Part shown: positions 1 through 13,005 of the stretch, one piece after another | Position numbering within the stretch: the stretch's first letter is position 1 | Layout of the letters: every line of letters starts with the position of its first letter | Assembly (NCBI GenBank): GCA_964234715.1 | Contig: OZ174286.1 | Length of the DNA stretch: 64,000 nt | Reading direction: 5' to 3' (one strand) | Source of the DNA: Podarcis melisellensis | Lineage: Eukaryota | Made by a program: the position numbers and the translations under genes | The notes under the pieces: generated by a model | Databases searched by the model: none | What the model saw: the letters and a program-made list of their open reading frames with translations, nothing else | Told to the model about the DNA's origin: nothing

Positions 1-1771
1 GGCCATGTCCAACTTTTTACTTGCACTGAGCCAAAGTCACATGTACAAAAACAACCGGAAACATTAAACCCAGTGTCCTGCAACACTGCAATATTTTCCC
101 GCCTCATAGTCACTGACCTGAAGTAACAATTTTGTATCACTGATGAATGAACTTCTAGTTTGCTATTGCTGTTTTCCAATCAATAGTGCCAATTCAGAAG
201 GGGATGTGGCCTTGTGCTTTCCCCGTTTCCAATAGAACATTCCGGCAGCCCTCCCTGTGATGTGGCCATCCTCAAATTTCTTCGCTCAAGTATGCAGTGA
301 CATAGTGCCACCATGTGGTAGACTATTTCACAGAGGTGCTTTCAGAAAGCTCCATGTTTTACAGTAACCCTGGTGCATGTGTGTTCATCTGCTTCTGAGT
401 AATATGCAATGCCGCTCCAGAAAGCAAGCCACAGTATATAGTTCTTCACCTAGGTCGGATCTCCTGAAATGATCAGAGTAAGATACCCAACTCCAATAAA
501 CCAGGGATTTGGAGCATTTATTTCTAGGGATCTCTATGGGTTGGTCTGCCTGAATTCTTTTTCATAATATCCTTTGGATGGATTCAGCCCAATAACATGG
601 ATTTACTTTTCCAGCTGCTATGTGTGAACAGATTGTGTGCCCAATGAACACCAACTGTAGAGTCCATTGTTTGTTGTACCCCTTTGGATAAACCAGTTTC
701 ATTCAATTGCCAAAGCTTAGCAATTGCCAAAGTCTGTGCATGAAAAGCACTGATATGAAGCTGCCTAATATGGCTAATATACTTGAGCTCCAGACAGTAG
801 AAATGTTCTCTCATGCTATTAACTACCATGGTGCTTGGTCGTGTAAACAGTCTTTGACATTTTTGACAGTAGTTAACATCAACAATGGAATTATAACTCA
901 GCACAATAAATAGCACAATATCTATCTCAGTATAAGTAGCCCAAGAAAGCCTCTTCGGAGGATGAAGGGTTGCATATTCAGATAAGCTGAAGCACATTTT
1001 TTTAAAAAAAACGTAAACATGATTTAGTGTCTGAAAAACACTGTGTGCAATCATAAATTGTATGATTTACAGTGTTTGCAGCACATATTTTCTCCAAAAG
1101 TAATCATCTCTGTTTATGATTCATCGCCAGATGTAGCTGCAAACCATTAAACATATACGCACACATTCACACGCTTATAAGGGAATGTTTACTGGAAAAG
1201 AGTGTCTAATAAAAGGATAGTGTCAGGGAAGGCTTTAAGAACATCATTCAGGATGGCAGCCATATTCTTTATCATCCTATAAGAAATAGGAGCATTGAGC
1301 AAGTTTCTTTCTTTCTTTTTCTTTTACCTTATTCGGAACTACAGTGCCACCTATTGAGTAGACCACAGAGCAATCCTTTCTTCATGCAGTCTTTCCGAAA
1401 CTTTAATAACATGCTGGTTACATACTGTAATAAACGGTGCAAAAAGTGTCATTGGCTAGAACCCATAGAAATGTTTCATTGGGCTGAAATATCTAAGGAG
1501 CCATATATGGGTGGTAGCAGAGAAGTGAATCATTTAAAAGCCATTGAAAAATCCACAGCATTCCAACAAGTGCTGCATAATCTTGAAAGAAAATAACTGA
1601 TGAATTTGGGTGAGTCCTGAAGGAATAATCCTCTCAGCCAGGGAGGTGAAGCACAGACCAGCAACTGGGGTGAAGAGGGCTTGAGGTGACCCCAGATTTT
1701 TTTTTGTTGAACCTTGCAATGCCCAGAAGCGTGGAGCCCATAATGTAAGCTGAATAATAAGAATGAGAACC

Positions 1772-2818
1772 AACAGACTGAAGTTCAATCCAGATAAGGC
1801 AGAGGCACTGTTAGCGGGTGGTTGCGAACGTGATCCATGCGGGAGGCACGTTTGCGTCCCGCAGCACCACGTCTGCGCACACACATGATGCTATTCAGCG
1901 CTTCTGCGCATGTGCAAAGTGCAATTTAGCATTTCTGCACATGCGTGAGCGCCGAAACCCGGAAGTAACCCATTCTGGTACTTCCGGGTTCGGCACATCC
2001 ATAACCCGAAAATGCGCAACCCGCAGCAATCGCAACCCGAGGTATGACTGTACTCTTGGATCCTTTGATGTCGCTTGAGGCTCAGGTGGCCTCAGTGGCC
2101 CAGAGTGCCTTCCATTAGCTTTGGTTGGTGGCCCAGCTATGCCCCTATCTGGACAGGGATAGCCTAACTACTGTTATCTATGCACTGGTAACCTCACGGT
2201 TAGATTACTGCAATGTGTTATATGTAGGGCTGCCTTTGAAGACAGTTCAGAAACTTCAGTTGGTGCTGAATTCAGCGGCCAGGTTGCTCACCGGAGCAAG
2301 ACAGTTTGAGCATATTACACCAATCCTGGCCCAACTACACAGGCTACCAATTAGTTTCCAGGCCCAATTCAAAGTGCTGGTTTTTACCTATAAAGCCTTA
2401 AATGTCTCAGGATCACAATACTTCAAGGACCACATCTTCCCATATGAACCTACCCGCACCCTGAGATCAGCTTCTGAGACCCTCCTTCTTGTGCCTCTTC
2501 CATGAGAAGTTTGGTGGGTGGTAACACGAGAAGGGGTCTTCTCTGTAGTGGCTCCCCATATGTAGAATACTCTTCCCAGGGAAGTTTGCCTGGCACCTTC
2601 ATTATATAACTTTAGGCGCCAGGAAGAAAATGTTCCCTTTTAACCAGGCCTTTGATTGATCTGATTGACATCCAATGCCCTTTTAAAATGTGTTTTTTTG
2701 TTGCGAGGGCATTGTTGTTTTATTTTTATTAGTTATTTTGCAGTTTTTTATCTTGATTTTATTCTGTGAACTGCCCTGAGACCCCTGGGTATAGGGTGGT
2801 ATATAAATTCTAATTCTG

Positions 2819-2820
<2 letters not shown>
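1772..2820 (+). mobile_element. L2-clade LINE 3' fragment (ORF2 C-terminus plus 3' UTR), interrupted by a MITE at 1820-2050
   Basis: ORF 2125-2505 has L2-type motifs (ALVTSRLDYCNVLYVGLP, KLQLVLNSAARLL, HITPILAQLH.LP, FKVLVFTYKAL). Upstream 'ctgaagttcaatccagataaggcagag' encodes LKFNPDKAE. Ends in an (AAT)n tail. Confidence 0.85.
1820..2050. mobile_element. Tc1/mariner-type (Tigger-like) MITE lacking most of its left TIR
   Basis: Right end 'cgcaacccgaggtatgactg' followed by TA matches the TIR type at 7022, 23580 and 52615. CpG-rich and internally palindromic. Confidence 0.7.

Positions 2821-2878
<58 letters not shown>
2819..2878 (+). repeat. (AAT)n microsatellite, the L2 tail
   Basis: About 20 perfect AAT units. 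Confidence 0.95.
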
Positions 2879-2879
<1 letters not shown>

Positions 2880-2911
2880 AAACCAATGCAGAGGACTACA
2901 TTTTCCTGTGG

Positions 2912-3031
2912 CAGGGATAGGGAGTCTGTGGCTCTCCAGATGTTGGTGGATTGCATCACCCCTTGCCCTTCTGGTTGGGGCTGATGGAAGTTATAGAGTC
3001 AAGCATCATCTGGAGAGATTCCCCATCCCTG
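2912..3031. mobile_element. Short palindromic hAT-type MITE, diverged copy
   Basis: cagggatagggag...ctccagatgtt...catctggagag...ccccatccctg. Same family as 43765-43900. Confidence 0.65.
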
Positions 3032-3990
3032 CTTTATAGCCACTGCAGGCCCAGTGAGGGAACCACAGCAACAAAAGGACCAGGGAGAGAACTTTTTTAT
3101 GTCACTGTTCTGCCAGTACTTCCAACAGCCTCCCTTGTCCAACAAGTTGGGACACTATATTATTTCACAGTACCTTATCCCCCCCTTTTTTTATAAAAAA
3201 AAAGCATTAGAAAAGTCCTATTCCTGTCTTATTCTCCAGATAATTTGATTGACAAAGAGAGGGGTTGGGAAGAGAGACTACGTTTGTGAGACTATTAAAG
3301 TTTGATATGAGAAAGGTTGAATCAGAAGAAAGGAGGATGAATGGCAATGCTTTTGTGACACTGTCAAGGTTCATAGGTAGCATTATGGGGGGTGGGGAGC
3401 GGGGACTACAATTGGCATGATATAAATTTGAAATCTGGGCCCCTTTATGAAAACCTTTTAGATGTTTCCAGACATCTCTTCCCCCTCCATCCCTCAGGTT
3501 CAGAATGGGTGGCAGGCTAAAAGCACATAGAAAATAAAATTGGACACAAGGACATATTAAAATCTATTGTCATATATATATGATATAAATATATAAATCT
3601 ATGCTTAACAATGCTTTTGAAAATTGCCCAAATTATCCAGGAAAAAGGATGTCCTCAACTTGCGTTAGAGCCCATAGAGTTCATCTAGAGCTTTGTTCTT
3701 AATTTTGACATTACCAGTGTTCGGGGGGAAATGTCTTCTGTTATTTCTTACATTTCACCCCACCCTTTCCCCACAGATCTCAGATGCATGTGTGGTTATT
3801 TCTCCTCTTTTAAATTTACAACCACACTGAGAGATGGGTTCAAGTTAACTTTGCACTGCCAACTCAGAAGTACGGTAAGTCCCATTGAGTTTAGGGACTT
3901 CAGGAAAGTAAGTATAGGATTGCAACTTAAGTGATTTGCTCAAGGTCACCAAGTGTGCTTGTTTTCAGTTTTCAGTCCAATGTTCTGAAC

Positions 3991-4128
3991 CAGGAACGAG
4001 GAGCCAGTGGCCCTCCAGCCTTTGTCAATCTTTGGCTCCCATCATTCCTAAACATTAGCCATGCTGACCACGGCTGATGGGAGTTGTGGTCCAACAGCAT
4101 CTGGAGGGCACCATGTTGGTTATACCTA
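3991..4128. mobile_element. Short palindromic hAT-type MITE, diverged copy
   Basis: tggccctccag...ctcccatc...gatgggagttgtggtcc...catctggagggc. Confidence 0.6.
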
Positions 4129-5391
4129 ACTTACAGGCTTGCAAGGAAGCTGAACGAATTGTATTTAGCACCAGGATATGTGTGGCTTGTCGGGTTTATT
4201 ATTGCTACTTCAATATTAGCAGCAGAGACAAAATTTTAACTCATTAAAGTTTAGGAAGTCAGTGCCTACTGCCACAAGCTTGTTCCATTTTGTCTGTAGG
4301 CCACTGACTTCTGTGTCCTTGAATCTTACTCACAAAAATCCACCCAGTTCTATGTGATTCATATCTGAAATTCAGATGGAGACTTGTGTTTTGATTTCAT
4401 GTGCTGTATTTGTCAAAATGAGGACAGTCTGAACAGTAAGTTGGGTATATGTTAGGCATATCTAGTATATGTATATGTTTCGCTTATGCTTTTGCCATGG
4501 AACTTTCAGTGAGACGTTTCTCCTGCCTCCTATTGTGTTGGATGTTCAAATGCCACTACTTTATATCAGATCCCAAAAGACAGCCCAGATCTGGTTTGTG
4601 TCGCTGCTTTTCCATGAGATCTCTGCACACTCTCCTTTCTCAATTTAAGCTGTGTGGATTTTTTTTAAACGAATACGACTAATTGCATCAATTGCCTAAT
4701 TATCAGGTAGCTAGGCAAGATAAATTATAATCCTTTACCCAGTGTTCAAATGAAACCTAGCAATTAAGCTAGAGAAGGGGAAAAGCTTAAAATTCCAAAA
4801 CCTCAAACCCAACCTAGAATCAAATTCAAGTTATTAACGTCTTAAATTGTCCCTACCCCCCTTCCCTCCTTTATACGTCAGAGGCTGAGTCAAAGTAGAT
4901 TTGGTCTACTTTGTTTGCAGGCATGTGGGGGGAGCTGAATGGGGTAATCTGATCCTTGGCCCAGTGAAGCTGAAGTATTTGTCTTTAAGCTGGTAGGCCA
5001 ACCATTTCAGGGAGTGGGGTGGAGAAGTAATCAGATCCTAAAGATATTTATTTGTGAATAAGGCTGCATTCAAGCATGGGGTTAGTTAGTTCGCTGCCCT
5101 GGTTTCTAAGTTTCCTATTATGATGAGGCATTATAGAAATGTGGCTTTTTCATGAACAGACCACCATGCCATACTGAATTTTAAATGTTGGGAAAGAACT
5201 GTATCTGGGGGCACCACCTCAAATTTCATCATTACGAGTGACAGTGGCATGATCATGAAAATCATTGGGAAATTATGACATTAGAGATTCAGACGAGACG
5301 ATGGCTCTACTGCCCCATTCAGCCGTGCTGCTCCTAGACAGGTGTTAGGATTGCATCGTGGGCCACATTTGGGACTTAAGTCACTCATGTG

Positions 5392-5501
5392 CAGGGCTAT
5401 TTTTCTAGAAAAAGAGGTGTCAGAACTCACCATGAATGCCTGCCTTGTTCTCTTATAATGGCAAAAGTTCCAGTAACATCTGGCTGGAAAAAAAAGCCCT
5501 G
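5392..5501. mobile_element. Small non-autonomous DNA transposon, hAT-like TIRs
   Basis: TIRs cagggctatttttctag / ctggaaaaaaaagccctg. 'catgtg' is duplicated on both flanks. Confidence 0.6.
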
Positions 5502-6630
5502 GCATGTGTAACTCATGTCCCATTGATTTCAATGGCCTTCTTTAAGCATAACCAAGTCTGGATTTAACCTACTGTAACATGTGCTGTTATGAACATTTAA
5601 ATCAACCCTAACTGGGTAACCCTGGACAGCTTGCTCTCTCTTTCAGCCTCACATTTCATCCATTAATCAGGTTTCTGTGATGAAAGATGAGATAAATCCT
5701 TTAATTAAGCACGCCAGATTTGCAAATGGCTATCAACAAAAGCAACAGTGGCAGTAACATTTTCTTCTGACAGCTCCCTCCCTTTAAAAAAAAGTGAAAG
5801 TGAGAAGGAAAATAAACTAGGAAGATGCTACTAGCAAATGTAAAGTTAGGGTATGCTTTAACATTATTCATGCTGCCTGCAGACTAATACAGTCAAGGTA
5901 TATTTTATTGAAAAATGTATGCCCATTCGGGGAAAAATATCCATCAATAACTCTACACAAAGGGCTTCCAGATTCACATCACTGTATTATTTACATTCTT
6001 CTAGTTAACTCTGCATTTGGTTAGGGTTTTTAGCCACAGAAATATCACTGGCCTTGAGAGGAATACCCCAAGGTCTAGGGTAACAAAGTTTCTGACTGAC
6101 ATGCAATATAACGCCATGGAAAACCTTGTGCAAACTTAAGGCGGTGACTCTCCCCCTTCCCCTTCCCCCACAAGACATCTTATGCCAAACTCTTACTAAA
6201 TCTCTTCTCCTTTCCAGTATTTTACTTGGAATAATTTTGTTCTTTTTGCTCAAAACGATCCACTCCACTGACACCTCGGGATATTTGCTGAGCAGAAAAC
6301 CCATCCAGGGCTCTGCTCCTCTTTCCCTCTGAGGTACTCCAGTTTGATGTTTATCTGTGCTAAAGTTCAGCAAATGTTACTGGAGAGCAGAGCATCATGG
6401 GGGGAAAAGTGCTGTTTGACTGCAGGCTCTACTGCTTCATCATCCTGTGAAGGCAGAACCTTTTCACAACAGTCTGAGGCACTCATATTTTCCGTGAGTC
6501 TGCCGAATAATTCATGATACAAAGCATACATTTCCCTAAAAATGAGTATTTTCTATTATGTTTATTGATTTTCAAGAGGGTGGGGAGCCTGTAGAAATAG
6601 TGTCACCATTTTTGCCACCTCTTTAATCAG

Positions 6631-6790
6631 TCTCGCCAGAAGCAGGTTAGTCATGCTGGACACATGACCTGGAAAAACTGTCTGTGGACAAACGTTGGCT
6701 CCCTCAGCCAGTAAAGCATAATGAGCGCTGCAACCCCAGAGTCATCTGTGACTGGACTTAACTGTCAGGGGTCCTTTACCTTTACCTTTT
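6631..6790 (+). mobile_element. Sauria SINE, 5'-truncated
   Basis: 3' half homologous to the full copies at 46.5-47.2 kb. Ends 'gggtcctttacctttaccttt'. Confidence 0.8.
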
Positions 6791-7021
6791 TAATCTTGGG
6801 CGTTCAAGTGCTCTCTTGGGGGCACCAGGTTATGAGATGTCTGCTGGCAAGCCTATGAACGCCCACCTCACACCTGAAAATGGCCTTGGCTACTGGCAGT
6901 AATTCATACCCTCCAACATTTCTCCAATGAAAATAGGGACTTTCCATTCCATAATGATAATTTTACTAATTTTACATATTTTACTGGGTTGCCCCAGCCA
7001 CTCTGGTCAGTTTCCAACATA

Positions 7022-7262
7022 CAGTGGTACCTTGGTTCTCGAACGTAATCCGTTCCGGAAGTCCATTCAACTCCTGAAACGTTCAAAAACCAAGGCATGA
7101 CTTCTGATTGGTGCAGGAACTCCGGAAACAATAGCCAACAACCACATTGGATGTTTGGCTTCCAAAAAACGTTTGAAAACCAGAACACTTACTTCTAGGT
7201 TTTCAGAGTTCAGGAGCCTATTTGTTTGTCAACTAAGCCATTTGAGAACCGAGGTTCCACTG
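7022..7262. mobile_element. Tc1/mariner-type MITE with TA target duplication, inserted in an L2 3' tail
   Basis: TA-cagtggtaccttggttctcgaa ... ttgagaaccgaggttccactg-TA. Flanks resemble the L2 tail at 60460-60600. Confidence 0.85.
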
Positions 7263-7589
7263 TATTTAAAAACATAATAAAACATTAAACTTTTTTTTTT
7301 TAAAAAAAACTTCCTGATACAGGATTGCCCTCAGACATCTCAGGAGTTGAATAACTCCATATTCTCAAATGTATCCAGTGAAAATGGGGACATAGCAGGA
7401 CATTTCGGGGTCAAATAAAAAACCAAGACAGCTTCTCTAAATCAGGGATAATTTTGGAAAACAGGGACATTTGGAGGGTCTGGTAATTCATCAGGCAGAG
7501 TTGCTGCCCACTCAGCCTATGTGTACATTGCAACAGGATGCATCCCTTGGGCACTTTTCACTACAGCATCTACCATGGTTTGTCCTTAG

Positions 7590-8045
7590 GTTTGACTATT
7601 GATGTCCATGTGTTGGGAACTTTGAGGCTGGATTGCTGCAGCATGCTCTATGTGGGCCTGCCTTGGGGTCTGGTGCAGAATGTGGAGGCTACACTGCTGA
7701 TGGGGACGCATAGCCACCAATATGGGACACCAGTTTTAACACCGTCTGTACTAGCTGTCCATCTACTACTGAGCCAGGTTCAAGGTCCTTGTATGAATGT
7801 TCAAAGTCTTGAATTTTCAAAGCAGACCAGGGTACCTTAGAGACAGGCCGAACCCTTATATCCTAGCTTGATCAGCAATATCATCTGCAAGAGCATCACT
7901 CAGTGTCCTCTGAATTGGTGAGGCTCATTTGACATCAACGCGAAAGAATAACTGAACTTTATTGACCCATTACTCTTCCAGAAGAGATTCAGCAGGCACC
8001 TTCTATATTAAATTTCAAATGTTCGCTGAAAACTTATCTTTGCCA
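7590..8045 (+). mobile_element. Old, degraded L2 fragment
   Basis: Encodes LRLDCCSMLYVGLP-like remnant. Downstream sequence resembles the L2 3' region. Confidence 0.6.
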
Positions 8046-8085
8046 CCACCCTTTAATAAAATTATTTTCCATAATAGTTAGGTGG

Positions 8086-8520
8086 TGTCAGGGAACTGCC
8101 ATCAGAGCCAGAGGCGGAGGGAAGGCTCCAGAGGGATGTCGGAGAGGGTCCCAGCAGGCAGAGAGGCAGCCCATCTGCTGGGGAAGGAAATCAGCGTAAC
8201 ACCAGTGGAGAAGGGGGGCAGATGGGGGAATCAGAGAGGAGGCTCCAGGACTCTTCACCGGAGACCAGCGGAGAGAGCACAGGTGCTCCGCTGCCCACAC
8301 CCTCCCTGCGCAGAAGACTTCCGCGCAGGGAGAGTAGGAGGAGACTTGGCGTCAAAGAACTTCTTTGCTGGAAGAAGTTCAAGAAACGCCCACTGACGGA
8401 TTCTGCCAGCGACTGAAACAGCCACGAAGTGAAGGGCTGTCCAGACAGAAAGGGTTCAACCAGGTAACCTAGCCAGGAGTGGCGGCAACTTACGCACGAG
8501 CAACCTCTATAACCATTACA
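8086..8520. mobile_element. Solo LTR (435 bp, probably Gypsy-type)
   Basis: TGT...ACA termini, 5-bp flanks ggtgg / gctgg (1 mismatch), and a sharp GC/CpG-rich block in AT-rich context. Confidence 0.7.
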
Positions 8521-9719
8521 GCTGGTGATCTGCTTTAATTTTTCTGTAGTGTTTTTTTTTTGGGGGGGAGGACTGTAATTGTTGTAAACTACTTTGATTT
8601 TTATTCTATTTAATGAAATTGTGTTATAGACATATTTTTAAAATAAATAAATAAGTGGAAGGGATTGTCATTCAGAGCTGGGGAACCTGCATGGAACATG
8701 TCCCAACTGTTTAAATACTATCTGCAGTTTGGCAGATGGAGGGGGGGGGGGAATTATCACCTGGTGCCTCTTTCCACAAAAAGTATGTATACAAAGGCTT
8801 AGAATAGTGCCCCCCCATTTCATTGCCCTATTGGTGGACTGCAAAATCAGGTACCATTTGGAGTTATTTTTTGAAGGGAATCAAAATTTGGGATGGCGGC
8901 GGGGGAATAAAATCACTAGTGCCCTCATACTGCCTGTGGAAGTTATTCCTGGCATTTCCCCGCCTCACTCACCATGTTTCATGTTACATAATGATGTGGC
9001 AATGCTCTGGTGGGGAATTGTGGGGGGAAATCGTGAGCACAGATCTGTCTCTCCCCCTTCTCCCCAAAGCCCTTGTCAGAACAGCACCATGTCATCATAT
9101 AATGACAAACTGGAGGAAGAGGATGTTGCAACCACCATAAAGAGGTTGAAGAATAGGGTGAGAGTAGAGGCAAATTTCACATCCTGTCCCTCAAATTTTC
9201 TGGGGGGAAGTCCCCTTTCACCCCGCTTCCCAGAATTCAATCCAATGGTTCTGTACAGAAAATGCTGAGCATCAATGCGCAGATGTGTACCCAGTTTATA
9301 TAAGCAGCCACCCACTTACAGTACTAACATTCATATATTATCCCTGTTTGCCTGACAAAATGTACTGAATTTATAGGGCAAGGGGAATGGTAATCTTCCT
9401 GTTAAGAGGAATCTGGAAAGTTCACTCATTCAGTGCCTCTTCCTATATAACATGCATTTCTCTTAACACATATTTTCATTATGGCCAATTGGCAGATCTA
9501 TACAAGATTAATCTTACACGTCTTGGAAAGCAACATTAATGTCATGGAATTTTGGCAGTCCTTTCAGTTGACCTGTTTTCTTGCTTCTGGCTCGATGAGG
9601 TATTACAACATCATTCCATAGTATGAAATGTGGATAATGTTTTCACTGGAGAGGGACAACCACTTTTCTAGAAGAGTGAATATGTTCCCAGCTCAGTGCT
9701 TTCCATCTGAAAGGTCTCC

Positions 9720-9856
9720 AGCATCTCAATTTCCACCATCTCCTGGTACATTTGAGAAAGATATTAGATATCCCAGAGAGCCACTGCGAGTCAGTACAAA
9801 GTCAGAACTAAGCTAAATGGCCTGATTCAGTATGAGCAAGCTTTGTCCTACATTCC
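9720..9856 (+). mobile_element. tRNA-derived squamate SINE remnant (Squam2-like)
   Basis: Ends 'ctaagctaaatggcctgattcagtatgagcaagctttgtcctacattcct'. Homologous to the reverse copies at 13006 and 14620. Confidence 0.5.
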
Positions 9857-10127
9857 TAAGTACCCACTGGGCTCACATCTCTTTTGCATCTAGAACTAAG
9901 CCCCATAATCGCAAAGCACAATCCATACAGAGAAGAAGGAAGATCAAACACTATGTTTTTCAGCTGGGATGATTATACCTATGACCTTCTAGAAGTTGTT
10001 GGACCACAGCTAATCATTTGTCATGCTGGCTGATGGGACCCAACAAGAATGGGAAAGGTTGGGTTTCCCATCCTTGGTGCAGGGTGCAGTTTATAGAATG
10101 AGACCATCTTGGCCTGAGACCCTCAGT

Positions 10128-10450
10128 CAGTGCTGGATTTATGTATAAGCTAAGCAAGCTATAGCTTAGGGCCCCACTCTCTTGCCCCCCCCATATACTT
10201 CTTCTTAATTGTATTTCACTATTAATATACTTCTTCTTAATTGTATTTCTGTTCAACAATTACTTTGATAAAATACATATTTTGTTATGTGCAAATGGCT
10301 TTAGATACCTAGTAGGTCCATAAATTATCATATAGCATATATTCAACACAAAAAAGTGATAATTTGTTATCGACAAAGGACAGCTAGACATATAAAGGGC
10401 TGCATTACCTTCAGTAGCTTAGGGCCTCATTAAACCTAAATCCGGCCCTG
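10128..10450. mobile_element. hAT non-autonomous element
   Basis: TIRs cagtgctggattta / taaatccggccctg. 8-bp TSD ccctcagt / cccacagt. Internal 25-bp duplication. Confidence 0.85.
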
Positions 10451-10648
10451 CCCACAGTATATTGTAAGAGGAGGGCTGTTCTGAGCACAGCATTTCACCA
10501 TGCCCTTAAAGGTCTCATCTATGGGCTACTCGGTATCTTTCAGCTACTGACACCTTAGATTCAAGAGAACAAATTTCCTTAAGAGACAGAAGCTCAGTGC
10601 ATTAAGTATACACCCATGATGTTACTCCAGAAGGCAGCAATACAGACG

Positions 10649-11016
10649 TAAGGATGGGCGAATCTGTACAATTTGGTTTCTCTACATTTCTCATTTTATC
10701 AGTCTTAAGTTCAGCACCCCACATTTCCACATCAGTTTGCATTTTTTTAAAAAAGCCCTTGTGAATGCAAACTCTGAATATAAACATTTTTGTATGCATT
10801 TTCTCTAATATATGCAATTTTGCAAAGTTAGCATGTGCATTTTAATACACACTTTACCTTAGTATATGTATTGTTGTAGACATTACCTGGCTGTAGAACT
10901 GCAATACAAAATTTTTGAGATCTGCAATTTTGGAAGTGTGGCTGCATTTCAGGTCATGTGTTGCTTCAGAAAGTGCGCCTGAAATGAGAAATTGATCAAA
11001 TTCCTCTCCAGTCCAT
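10649..11016. mobile_element. Old AT-rich MITE family (other copies at 44234-44635 and 52305-52921)
   Basis: All three copies share 'catttctcattt...cagtctt(a)a(a/g)ttcag' and 'agaa(c/t)tgca...caaaatt', with gggatg...catcc-like ends. Confidence 0.6.
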
Positions 11017-11729
11017 AAACACAAACAACATACAGTGCAAAACATTGACTTCTGCTGTTGGCATGTTTTGAATGACCATAACTGCATATATTTTGCTACA
11101 AATATGACCCCTCCCAAGGATATACACACACTATGCTTGGTTAAAATACAAAACAAAACACAGACACCCCCCCCAGCCCAAAGTTTATAGCATCCATTGT
11201 TATGCTGTCCCTCGAAAATGAACAGCAAAAAATAGTTTTAAGAAATGCCCTGTGGTTTAGAATGTTATCAAGGAAATGCATCCACCATGGAAACTTTAAT
11301 TAGGTCATATCTTGCCTTAGAAGATACATAGAAGTGGGTGGTTATGCACTGGATCCCTTCCAAAATTGGATATCTAAATGCCAATTCACAGCACTCTCAC
11401 AATTGTCAAAAAGTTGAGATACTTTTATACGTTCCCATTAGATTTGAGGGACCATGTTTCCAAAGCCTCATCATCAGCTCCTACCAAAGTCCTCAAAAGG
11501 AGCAAAACCTCCCTGCTTCACTTGTACGCCAGAATTCAAAGCTCTCCATCCCACTGTTGATTAAACATGCCCCACTTAAATCACGGCTATTTTTAACACA
11601 CTGCAGTATGATTTAAAGAGCATCCTAGGAACTGCAGCCACATGTACTCCCTCAGTCTCAGTATGGATATGAAGGGGTTGAGTCTCTAACATCAGGAAGG
11701 CCACAGATTTCCCACCCTTGCAATAGAAT

Positions 11730-11859
11730 CAAGGATGAGGGACCTTGCAGCCCTCCAGATGTTCTTAGACTACAACTCCCCTCAGTCTCAGCCGGTGTGG
11801 AACATGGCCAGAGATGATGGGAGCTGTAGTCCAGTAACATCACAGGTTCCCCACCCTTG
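11730..11859. mobile_element. Short palindromic hAT-type MITE (a second degraded copy lies at ~11620-11720)
   Basis: gccctccagatgtt...gactacaactccc...gggagctgtagtcc...caggttccccacccttg. Confidence 0.65.
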
Positions 11860-11893
11860 CGCCAGAGGAACAGGCAGTGTTCATAGAAATTCT

Positions 11894-12009
11894 CACACGA
11901 AAGCTCATACCAAGAACAAACTTAGTTGGTCTCTAAGGTGCTACTGGAAGGATTTTTTTTTTTAATTTTGTTTTGACTATGGCAGACCAACACGGCTACC
12001 TACCTGTAA
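11894..12009 (+). mobile_element. Penelope-like (Neptune-type) pLTR 3' remnant beginning inside a hammerhead motif
   Basis: cacacGAAAgctcataccaagaacaaacttagttggtctctaaggtgctactgg...cagaccaacacggctacctacctg resembles the sauropsid PLE terminus as I recall it. Not checked against a database. Confidence 0.65.
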
Positions 12010-13005
12010 TTAGTGCTTATGTGTGCCCTGAACAGGTTCATCTCTCAATACACATTATGAAAGCCAGAGTGCATAAAGACCACTTAGTAAGCCTCCACAT
12101 ACCTATGAGCTATATACTTAAACCACATTAAGCTCTTGGCTGCCAGACAAATCAACTGTTGAAATATAGAGAGAAAAGCCTTTTCCATTAATTCCGTCTT
12201 CTTCAGTGCTTTGAGGAGTGATAAATAAATTCCATAGCAGATGGCACTTGCTGATAAGAAACCTGCTTCGCTCTAAAATGGATTCAATACTGCCCTTCCA
12301 GGTAAGGTCAGCAGTGATGGCTCTTACATTCTGCTAAGCAGCTCTGGGAAGCTTTGTTGCAGTTTCAAGCCAGGCAGTATCCCGAGCCTTCACCTCTCGC
12401 ACACATATGCTTCACTTGAGCTCTTTTAATAGCTCTCCCTAAATATGAAATATCTGACCACTGGGGACTTTCCTGGCAAGGCGAACAAATTAGGCGGCTG
12501 TTACAAGTCAAGGATGGCTCCTGCCGGTTTTCTCCATCTGCCTGATGCCGCCAGGTTCTTTACAAGCATCAGGAGATGGAATTAAACAGATGGCGAGGAA
12601 TGCGCTTGGCCCTTGCACTCCGGAGAGGAAGGTGAGAGGCAGCCAGTTCATCTCCCATCTCCCTTTCCCCTCATTATTTCACATTAGAAAATGCAAATGT
12701 CATCACTGCAAAAGGCAACTATCATTAAAATACAAAATCAGCAGGGGAAGAAAGGGAAACTTTCCCTAAAGTTTCAGTGACATGGAAACCATAGTTGGCT
12801 GCCCTAGACTATTTTTCATAGTTGCTGGGTTGATTTTTCTTTCTTTCTTTTTTTAAGTAACACTTGGCACAACTAATAACAATCCTGCTGAACTGGTTTC
12901 TTGTTTTCTGCAAAGATCAGTGGAAGCTGTCAGTCAGAATTCATAGGAAGGCCATGTGGAAACGGTATATTTAAAAGCTTAGAGAGTGCATTGCACTCTG
13001 CACCA

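Noticed and set aside
584-1054. 156-aa minus-strand ORF, including a KGVQQ stretch faintly like an RT motif
   Set aside because: No further RT motifs or recognisable domain, and the composition is not protein-like.
8729-9268. 179-aa ORF
   Set aside because: Non-ATG start, no domain or exon context; expected by chance in 64 kb.
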